The notes beneath the pieces are model-generated. The model made no database searches. It was not told the origin of the DNA and was given only the letters and a program-made list of their open reading frames with translations. From Deltaproteobacteria bacterium (GTDB lineage Bacteria; Desulfobacterota; Desulfobacteria; Desulfobacterales; JAFDMD01), in contig JAFDMD010000002.1 of NCBI GenBank assembly GCA_019306185.1, positions 1-47,690 on the forward strand: a stretch of DNA of 47,690 nt, written 5' to 3'. Positions 38,502 to 45,799 of the stretch are shown here, piece after piece. The translations under genes were made by a program, and so were the position numbers. The first letter of the stretch is position 1, and the number at the start of each line of letters is the position of its first letter.

Positions 38502-39527
38502 TTAGGCGATTATATTATAAAAGCAATCTCTTTGCGCGGGTTTAAAACCCGCTTCTTTTATAAGTCTTATTATTTCTTCTTTTGGAAGCCGAAATTTAAC
38601 TCCTGCCGCCGCGACGACATTTTCTTCTATCATTGTGCTTCCGAAATCGTTTGCTCCGAAAAAAAGGGCTGTTTGGGCTATTTTATCTCCTTGCGTAACC
38701 CATGAGGCTTGAATATTGTTAATATTGTCTAAAAAGATTCTGGATAATGAAAGAATTTTTAAATACTCGGCCGCCGTAGCCTTTGTAACTTTTATTTTTG
38801 TATTATCCGGCTGAAATGTCCAAGGTATAAAAGCCGTAAAGCCTCCGGTTTCGTCTTGAAGGTCTCTTATTGCTTTTAAATGCTCTATAATGTGTTTGGT
38901 TTTTTCTATGTGTCCGAACATCATTGTAGCGCTGCTTTTAAGCCCGAGTTTGTGGGCGCGTCTCATAACGTTTAACCATTCTTCTTTACCGCATTTATTG
39001 GGAGATATTCTGTTTCTTATGGTATCGGATAATATTTCGGCTCCGCCTCCGGGTATTGAGTTTAACCCTGCATCTATTAATTTTATAAGGGCGTCTTTTA
39101 TTGTAAGGGAGGATTTTTTTGCGATGTAAGATATTTCCGGCGGCGAAAATCCGTGTATATGTATAGAAAAATTATTCTTTATGTATTTGAGTATGTCCGT
39201 ATAAAAATCAATTGTAAGTTCGGGATGCATTCCGCCTTGTAAAAGTATTTGGGTTCCGCCGAGTTCTATTGTCTCTTTGATTTTTTCAAAAATATCCTTT
39301 TTTGATATTACATAAGCGCCTGATGCTCCCAAGTCTTTATGAAAAGCGCAAAACAAACATTTTGATACGCATATATTGGTATAGTTGACGTTTCTATCAA
39401 CAACATAAGTTATAATGTTTTCGGGATGCAGTTTTTTTTTTATATTATCTGCCAGCATTCCAAGCTGCAATAGATCCATCTCTTTTAAAAGGGTTCGGGC
39501 ATCTTTTTCCGAAATTCTTTTTTGCAT
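38502..39527 (-). CDS. mqnC: Cyclic dehypoxanthinyl futalosine synthase
   Basis: DRNVNYTNICVSKCLFC, LLQGG, PGGGAEIL, FIPWTFQ, QASWVT, GSTMIEENV. Confidence 0.93.
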   Translation of the reverse strand: MQKRISEKDARTLLKEMDLLQLGMLADNIKKKLHPENIITYVVDRNVNYTNICVSKCLFCAFHKDLGASGAYVISKKDIFEKIKETIELGGTQILLQGGMHPELTIDFYTDILKYIKNNFSIHIHGFSPPEISYIAKKSSLTIKDALIKLIDAGLNSIPGGGAEILSDTIRNRISPNKCGKEEWLNVMRRAHKLGLKSSATMMFGHIEKTKHIIEHLKAIRDLQDETGGFTAFIPWTFQPDNTKIKVTKATAAEYLKILSLSRIFLDNINNIQASWVTQGDKIAQTALFFGANDFGSTMIEENVVAAAGVKFRLPKEEIIRLIKEAGFKPAQRDCFYNIIA

Positions 39528-39586
39528 TTTTTTTCTTTCCTGTTTTTAAATTTCGCCATAACGCAGAAAATAAGCAAAATACGAAG

Positions 39587-40687
39587 TTATGCAACGGGAT
39601 TATAAAAAGAGTCGCGGCAAACCGGCGTCAACCCCGCCTTTACTATAAGATTTTTTATATACTCTTCGGTTAATCCTTTTGCGGTTTTTGCGCCGGCAAA
39701 ATGGGTTATTTTTTCTTCTATTATGGTTCCGTCCAAATCGTCCGCTCCGAAAAACAGAGCGGTTTGGGCAAGTTTTGCTCCTATCATAACCCAGTATGCT
39801 TTAATATGATTAAAATTATCAAGCATAAGTCTTGATATTGCTATTGTTTTTAAATCGTCAACAGCGGTAGTTGCCGGCAGGCGAGAAAGTTTTGTGTTTT
39901 GAGAATGAAAAGCAAGCGGAATAAAAGCTATGAAGCCGTTTGTTTCGTCCTGCAACTCGCGCAGTTGAATAAGATGGGATATTCTTTCTTCTATGGTTTC
40001 TATATGTCCGTAAAGCATTGTAGCGTTTGTTTTTATTTTTTCTTTATGAACGGCTTTTATTACTTGAAGCCATTTTGAGCCGGAGATTTTTTTCGGGAAA
40101 AGTTTTTTTCTAATTGTATCGCTTAAAACCTCGGCGCCTCCTCCCGGCATCATATCAAGCCCCGCTTGTTTAAGCTTTTTTATAACCTGTTGGATGCTTA
40201 AACCGGAGATTCTGGCAAGATAATCTATCTCTACCGCAGTAAAAGCTTTTATAACCGCATTGGGTCTTATCAGTTTGATGGTTTTAAGCATGGTTAAATA
40301 ATAATTAAAATCAAGTTCCGGATTAAGCCCGCCTACTATGTGAAGTTCTGTTATGGGTTCGTCAATCCGTTCGTAAATTTTTTGTTTTATATCTTCAATA
40401 GAATAAAGAAAAGCTTCGGGCTGGTTTTTTTTTCTTGAATACGCGCAAAAAAGGCATTGGTTTATACAGATATTGGTATAATTGATATGCTGATTATAGA
40501 TATAATAAGCCTTATTGCCGCATTTTTTTTTACGCGCATAATCCGCAAGGGCTCCTATGGATATAAGATCCGGGCTTTTGTATAGGTTTATGCCGTCTTC
40601 GACGGTTAGTCTTATTCCGTTTACAACTTTATCTTTTATGCCGGCAAAAAACTTTGTCGATATATTTAAATTATTTTTTTTTAGCAT
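39587..40687 (-). CDS. mqnE: Aminofutalosine synthase
   Basis: HINYTNICINQCLFC, ELHIVGG, KAFTAVEI, TMLYGHIE, HIKAYWVM, DLDGTIIEEKI. Confidence 0.93.
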   Translation of the reverse strand: MLKKNNLNISTKFFAGIKDKVVNGIRLTVEDGINLYKSPDLISIGALADYARKKKCGNKAYYIYNQHINYTNICINQCLFCAYSRKKNQPEAFLYSIEDIKQKIYERIDEPITELHIVGGLNPELDFNYYLTMLKTIKLIRPNAVIKAFTAVEIDYLARISGLSIQQVIKKLKQAGLDMMPGGGAEVLSDTIRKKLFPKKISGSKWLQVIKAVHKEKIKTNATMLYGHIETIEERISHLIQLRELQDETNGFIAFIPLAFHSQNTKLSRLPATTAVDDLKTIAISRLMLDNFNHIKAYWVMIGAKLAQTALFFGADDLDGTIIEEKITHFAGAKTAKGLTEEYIKNLIVKAGLTPVCRDSFYNPVA

Positions 40688-40887
40688 AAATGGTTTATTA
40701 ACAATAAGGGATGAAAATGACAAATAAAATTTTTGTTTTTTAAAAAGAAAGACAGAGATGCAAAGATACAGAGATAAAAAGGGAGCAAGCGAATAGGTTT
40801 TTATTTTTTTATCGGAAGATATAAAAGGCGGTAGAGACGTTGCGTTTTAGAGTTTACGGCAGAATTTGCAAAACAGAATAAATCCGG

Positions 40888-41460
40888 TTATTTTAAGCCT
40901 GTAGGATCGGTTTGCCCTGTAAATTGATTCGGAGCGGTTACAGGCTCGCCGCAAATTTTTTCGATAATCAATTGACAAATATACATTTTTGGAACTAAAA
41001 GAAAAGTTATTGTGCCGAGATTTATTATTTCAAGAGTAATTTTTCCTTTAAAATTGGCATGAATTGTCGGCGCCGTAAAATGTATAAGAATTCCGCATCT
41101 TGCAAGCGAACTTTTTCCTTCAACCCTGGCTCCGTAACAAGTTTCTCCGTTTCTTAGAGGAAAATTAACCTTTTCATACGTATTTGCCAAAACCAATTTA
41201 TTAGGTTCTAAAGAAAAAGGTTGTTCTTTTGTTAGGTTGTGTAATTTTGAATTATTAGCTAAAAATTGAGCTATGCTTCCTTTGGTTAGATCTAATTGAG
41301 CGGGTATATCCTTATTTAAAGTTCTGATTGTATCTCCTAATCTTAAATCAACGGCGCTGGTATTAAATGGCGCTTTTCCCGGGTCGTTTCCTGCGAGCGG
41401 GTCAATTGAAAAAGACTTGTTTTGAACGCCTTTGATTATTTCCGTATTGCTTAATATCAT
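40888..41460 (-). CDS. dcd: dCTP deaminase (divergent, trimeric dUTPase superfamily)
   Basis: MILSN, SAVDLRLG, ARVEGKSSLARCG, TAPTIH, GKITLEIINLG, ICQL; ATGA overlap with the upstream gene. Confidence 0.85.
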   Translation of the reverse strand: MILSNTEIIKGVQNKSFSIDPLAGNDPGKAPFNTSAVDLRLGDTIRTLNKDIPAQLDLTKGSIAQFLANNSKLHNLTKEQPFSLEPNKLVLANTYEKVNFPLRNGETCYGARVEGKSSLARCGILIHFTAPTIHANFKGKITLEIINLGTITFLLVPKMYICQLIIEKICGEPVTAPNQFTGQTDPTGLK

Positions 41461-41726
41461 AATATTTCTGTTGACGGCACTTCCGCCCAATGCGTTTGGG
41501 TTTCAAATGCTTCTACAGGCAGCAATATATGCTTTTTATCATTTGAGCTGGCATCTCCGGTTAATGCTTTTAAATACCAATGATCGCCTTCTTTTTTAAA
41601 CAGGCTTTCATCTGCAAAAAAAGTTACTACTTGTTTATCATATAATTTAAGCGCCGCGCCGCATTCTTCGTTAAACATCCCTTCAAATTTTTCTTCCAAT
41701 TTAACCCATATTTCTTCATTTTTCAT
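41457..41726 (-). CDS. 89-aa acidic hypothetical protein coupled to dcd
   Basis: GGGAGT RBS, intact ORF, stop overlaps the dcd start. Confidence 0.75.
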   Translation of the reverse strand: MKNEEIWVKLEEKFEGMFNEECGAALKLYDKQVVTFFADESLFKKEGDHWYLKALTGDASSNDKKHILLPVEAFETQTHWAEVPSTEIL

Positions 41727-41738
41727 TATATTTACTCC

Positions 41739-41797
41739 CTAATAATCTATCTGCTAATAATCTATCTGCTAATAATCTATCTGCTAATAATCTATCT
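41739..41797. repeat. 15-bp tandem repeat, about 4 copies
   Basis: (CTAATAATCTATCTG)x3 followed by CTAATAATCTATCT, all perfect. Confidence 0.95.
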
Positions 41798-41821
41798 ATT
41801 TGAAAAGTCGATTCTTGTCAA
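41793..41821 (-). promoter_or_regulatory. Sigma70-type promoter of the hypothetical-dcd operon
   Basis: Minus strand TTGACA (41821-41816), 17 bp, TAGATA (41798-41793). Confidence 0.55.
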
Positions 41822-41981
41822 TCTTAAACTATCTATATATTAGCCTGTATTAATATAGAATTTTTAGAGCCTAAAAGCCTATTATGCGCATTGATATGTG
41901 AGAATGATTTAAACAGGTTAATCTTTAAAGCAGGTTGTTTTTTCAACTGGCTTGACAATAAAATAAGCGCAGATTCATAAA

Positions 41982-43559
41982 TTATTCAAATTCTATAACG
42001 GACGAATGTTTTGCATATTTTTTTCTTAATTCCGGTTTTTCTATTTTGCCGGTAGGGTTTCGGGGAACTTTATCGAAAAATATTTTTCTGGGACGTTTGT
42101 ATCGGGGAAGTTTTTCGCAAAAAGTTTTTATTTCTTCTTCTACAAGAATATAATTTGGTTTTGCTTCTATTATTGCGGCTGCAATTTCTCCGAGTCTGTC
42201 GTCATGTATTCCTATTACTGCGGCGTCTTTTATTTTGTTGTTTGTCATTAAAAAGTTTTCTATTTCTACGGGGTATATGTTTTCGCCTCCTGTTATAACG
42301 AGGTCTTTTTTTCTATCTACAAGCCATATAAATCCGTCTTTGTCTTTTTTTGCCAAATCTCCGGTATATAGCCATTCGTTTTTTAATGCCTTTTTAGTTT
42401 CTTCCGGGTTTTTATAGTATTGTTTCATTACCCCGGGTCCTTTTACAAGTAGTTCGCCTATTTGGTCCGCCGCAATCTGTTTGCCGTTGTCGTCAACTAT
42501 TTTTGTATTCCATTTGTAGCCCGCAAGCCCGATTGCTCCTACTTTACGGGTATTTTCCATTCCGAGATGAACGCAGCCGGGTCCAGTAGATTCCGTAAGT
42601 CCGTAATCCGTATCGTATTGTCTGTTAGGAAAGTATTGCATCCATTTTTTTATAAGCGTCGGCGGAACGGGCTGGGCGCCTATGTGCATAAGACGAAGCG
42701 AACTTGCGTCGTAATCTTTAAGATTTAATTTTTTGTTTTCCAATGCTATTAAGATATCGTGCGCCCATGGGACAAGAAGCCATACTATTGTTATTTTTTC
42801 TTCGGATATGGCGTTAAGTATCCATTCCGGTTTTACCCCTTTTAACAAAACGGATTTTGCGCCTGCTATAAAGTTGCCGAACCAGTGCATTTTAGCGCCT
42901 GTATGATAAAGCGGAGGAATACATAAAAAGTTGTCTTCATTGGTTTGATGATGATGTTTTTGCTCGGTAATGCAGGCGGATTCAAGATTTTTATGGGTTA
43001 AAAGAACAGCTTTCGGCAAACCTGTCGTGCCGGATGTAAAATATATTGCGGCGTCATCTTCTATGTTTGGTTTTTCGTTCGGCTCGTTATCTTGCGCATT
43101 TGCAATAAATTTTTCGTAAGAAATTGCATAAGAGGGGCAAATATCCTCGCCGCCGGTAAAGATATATGTTTTTATTATTTTATCTAAAGAATTTTTTATC
43201 GATTCTATGCGCTCAATAAACTCTTTTCCGAAAAATATTGCTTTTGCTTCGGATATTTGAGCGCATTTTTTTATTTTTTCCGCAAAGAATCTAAAGTTTA
43301 AAGGAACAGCCAATGCGCCGGATTTTAGTATTCCGAAATAGATAGGAAGCCATTCCATTGAGTTTGTCATAAGTTGTATGACTTTATCTTGCTTTTCAAT
43401 TCCGATTGCTCTAAGAGCGTTTGCCGCTTTATTTGTTTTTTTGTTAAATTGTTTCCATGTAATTTCGCGGCGGCTGCCTATTGCCGGCTCAAGCTCTATA
43501 AGAGCGGTTTTGTTTCCGTATTTTTTTGCATTTTCAGTTAGTATTTCGGTAATTATCAT
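41982..43559 (-). CDS. Acyl-CoA synthetase (class I adenylate-forming enzyme)
   Basis: YFTSGTTGLPK, YGLTES, LYTGDL, DRKKDLVITGGENIYPVEIE, PRNPTGK; start taken at MIITEIL. Confidence 0.92.
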   Translation of the reverse strand: MIITEILTENAKKYGNKTALIELEPAIGSRREITWKQFNKKTNKAANALRAIGIEKQDKVIQLMTNSMEWLPIYFGILKSGALAVPLNFRFFAEKIKKCAQISEAKAIFFGKEFIERIESIKNSLDKIIKTYIFTGGEDICPSYAISYEKFIANAQDNEPNEKPNIEDDAAIYFTSGTTGLPKAVLLTHKNLESACITEQKHHHQTNEDNFLCIPPLYHTGAKMHWFGNFIAGAKSVLLKGVKPEWILNAISEEKITIVWLLVPWAHDILIALENKKLNLKDYDASSLRLMHIGAQPVPPTLIKKWMQYFPNRQYDTDYGLTESTGPGCVHLGMENTRKVGAIGLAGYKWNTKIVDDNGKQIAADQIGELLVKGPGVMKQYYKNPEETKKALKNEWLYTGDLAKKDKDGFIWLVDRKKDLVITGGENIYPVEIENFLMTNNKIKDAAVIGIHDDRLGEIAAAIIEAKPNYILVEEEIKTFCEKLPRYKRPRKIFFDKVPRNPTGKIEKPELRKKYAKHSSVIEFE

Positions 43560-43647
43560 AATAAATATCCATAAATAAATTAAGACGTAACAAAGTATAA
43601 AGGAAGAAAGGTATGGAAGAAACGGTAATTGCAAAATATAAGATGTG

Positions 43648-43676
43648 GTAGAGACTTTGTAATTCAACGTCTCTAC
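43648..43676. repeat. GTAG-type REP palindrome
   Basis: GTAGAGAC-tttgtaattcaac-GTCTCTAC; a half copy GTAGAGACGTTGC lies at 40831. Confidence 0.65.
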
Positions 43677-43682
43677 TTTCTA

Positions 43683-44450
43683 TCATCCTCTCTTAATTAA
43701 ATTATCTACTATTTCTTTTGCTTTTATTTTTGCTTCCGAATCTATGTCGTAAGAAGCGGTTGAGTTTAAATCCGCCTCTATTAATTGGTTATCGTAAGGG
43801 ATAAATCCGAGAAATTTAAAATCGGCAAGTCGTGTTTTTAAAAAATCTTCATCTTTTTTATTTCTTATTTTGTTTCCTACTATAACTATGTTTTTAAGAG
43901 CTATTTCGGATGCAAGCTGTTTAATATTAAGCGCGGTATCAATGCTTCTTTGCCCGGGTTCCACAACTATTATAAGTTTATCGACTCCGGTTGCCGTAGC
44001 CCTGCCCAAATGTTCTATTCCCGCCTCCATATCCATTATTACAAATTCGTCTCTTAAAAGAACAACATGCATTACAAGGGCTTTTAATAATGTGCTTTCA
44101 GGGCAGATGCAGCCGCCGCCGCCTTTTTTTACGCCTCCGAGTTTCATAAGTTTTATATTCTCTAATTTAACGGATAAGGAATCTGGCAGGTCGTCAACTT
44201 TTGGGTTTAAACTAAAAAAACCGCCTATGGTTCCGGCTTTTGCGCCTGTTCTTTCAAAAATAAGCTCTTTCATTTTGGCTATGGGGGTTATTTTATCCGC
44301 ATTTGCAATTCCTATTGCAGACGCAAGGTTTGCATCCGGGTCTGCGTCTATTGCCAAAACTTTTTTGCCTTCGGCATTTAATGTTCTTATAATAAGAGCG
44401 GATAATGTGGTTTTGCCTACTCCGCCTTTGCCTGTAACCGCTATTTTCAT
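43683..44450 (-). CDS. cooC: CO dehydrogenase nickel-insertion ATPase
   Basis: GKGGVGKTT, IDADPD, GGGCICPE (CxC), DMEAGIEHLGR. Confidence 0.92.
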   Translation of the reverse strand: MKIAVTGKGGVGKTTLSALIIRTLNAEGKKVLAIDADPDANLASAIGIANADKITPIAKMKELIFERTGAKAGTIGGFFSLNPKVDDLPDSLSVKLENIKLMKLGGVKKGGGGCICPESTLLKALVMHVVLLRDEFVIMDMEAGIEHLGRATATGVDKLIIVVEPGQRSIDTALNIKQLASEIALKNIVIVGNKIRNKKDEDFLKTRLADFKFLGFIPYDNQLIEADLNSTASYDIDSEAKIKAKEIVDNLIKRG

Positions 44451-44502
44451 ATAAGCTCCTTTGTATCTCTGTATCTATCTATTTATTTTTATAAAAAAAT
44501 TT

Positions 44503-44569
44503 TCTATATTTCAAAAAATAAGTTTTGCAAAGGGTAAATTTATTTTTTTGCATGGATTTTGTTTTATTA
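44503..44569. repeat. 67-bp direct repeat, copy 1 (promoter-like on the minus strand)
   Basis: TCTATATT..AAAAA...GTTTTGCAAAGGGTAAATTTATTTTTTTGCAT.GATTTTGTTTTATTA; second copy 650 bp downstream. Confidence 0.9.
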
Positions 44570-44809
44570 TACAGGCTCCGAGTAATCCCACAAAGTTTCC
44601 GGCGCAATATCAATACGCCCGGGCCAAACAACTGTTCCGTAAGCGACAAAAGCTTTTAAAAATAACGGCGAATCTTTAAGTTTTACAAACGGCTTTTTTT
44701 TTAAAAAAGGAGTCATATCAAATCGGCGTTTTTTTCCGTTTTCAAATTCCAATAATAATGTATTATTTTCGCAAGCTTTTACATTTATAACATCTATAAG
44801 TAATTCCAT
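44567..44809 (-). CDS. DUF2442 protein (TA-like)
   Basis: LLLEFENG, YGTVVWPGRIDIAPETLW. Confidence 0.88.
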   Translation of the reverse strand: MELLIDVINVKACENNTLLLEFENGKKRRFDMTPFLKKKPFVKLKDSPLFLKAFVAYGTVVWPGRIDIAPETLWDYSEPV

Positions 44810-44821
44810 AAATAACCTTCT

Positions 44822-45091
44822 TTACCGTAAAGCTTCAATACGAAACGGCTCTTCTCCCGAAACAGCTAATTCCCAATTTGCAAGGAGTTCTTCTTTATGA
44901 ATATCAATCCATACCCGAACCATTCGCAGTTGTTTTGCAGGAAAATCGCCTGCAAGCAGCGCGCCGTCTTCAATTGAAACGGCAGCTTTTTTACCTTGAT
45001 AACGAACATGTATGTGAGGAAGATTATGACGTTTATTATCTTCATAAAAAATAGCGACTAATATACCATAAAACATTGAGATTGTCGGCAT
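44822..45091 (-). CDS. DUF4160 protein (TA-like)
   Basis: MPTISMFYGI, HNLPHIHVRY, WIDIHKEELLANW. Confidence 0.9.
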   Translation of the reverse strand: MPTISMFYGILVAIFYEDNKRHNLPHIHVRYQGKKAAVSIEDGALLAGDFPAKQLRMVRVWIDIHKEELLANWELAVSGEEPFRIEALR

Positions 45092-45152
45092 CAATAAACC
45101 TCTTTAAGTATTGGTTCTATTGTAAAAATATTTTATTGCTCTAATAAGCCTC

Positions 45153-45219
45153 TCTATATTGAAAAAAAATGGTTTTGCAAAGGGTAAATTTATTTTTTTG
45201 CATAGATTTTGTTTTATTA
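45153..45219. repeat. 67-bp direct repeat, copy 2
   Basis: Aligns without gaps to 44503-44569; one mismatch in the last 48 bp. Confidence 0.9.
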
Positions 45220-45306
45220 ATTGGCTGCACTCCGATTTTAAGTTATAAGAGGAGTTAATCTATAGAAATATTATGCGGTTATTAGAAAAAATAAAAATGA
45301 GGAATT

Positions 45307-45760
45307 ATGGATAGATTTGATTCTCATTGTCATATTTTCAATATGACTAGCGTTGGCTTGGAAGCGATTTTAAAACTGATGGATACCGACAAAAGAAAGA
45401 GTTGGACAGATAAAAAAAATAATTAATTTAATTAAAATTTTTAAAGGAAATAGCACAACAATATTTGACATGTTGAACGAACGTTATGTCAAATATGATA
45501 AACGATATAAGCTGCTTCCTTTGATGTTTGACGGCTAATTTATTCTTAATGCAGATAGAAGAGATGAATATTTGTCATATATAACAGGTTTATTTAATGA
45601 AGTTTACGAATCAAATAAAGAACAAATTAAAGCAGAAATCGAAATCCCCTATATTTTCCGTTTTTTATAAAGCTTTACGCAAAACCGTTTTATCTTTCAG
45701 TTGATAAAAGACAAAATTCATTTTAGATAACTTTGCATACAATTAACAAAAATAACAAGA
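45307..45760 (+). pseudogene. Decayed amidohydrolase-family gene
   Basis: GAGG RBS, MDRFDSHCHIFN (DxHxH metal motif), later YKLLPLMFD; multiple stops and frameshifts. The 3' end is approximate. Confidence 0.5.
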
Positions 45761-45799
45761 TAAAGAGATTTCTCGCTTTGCTTAACAGGATAAAACATA

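Noticed and set aside
41739-41797. CRISPR array
   Set aside because: The units are contiguous 15-mers with no spacers, and there are no cas genes in the window.
41952-41982. Plus-strand TTGACA promoter antisense to the acyl-CoA synthetase gene
   Set aside because: There is no convincing -10 at 16-18 bp and no downstream gene on that strand.
43870-44454. 194-aa plus-strand ORF
   Set aside because: It is the antisense shadow of cooC. The same applies to the many short ORFs opposite lptFG, argH, hemC, moaA, plsB and the U32 gene.
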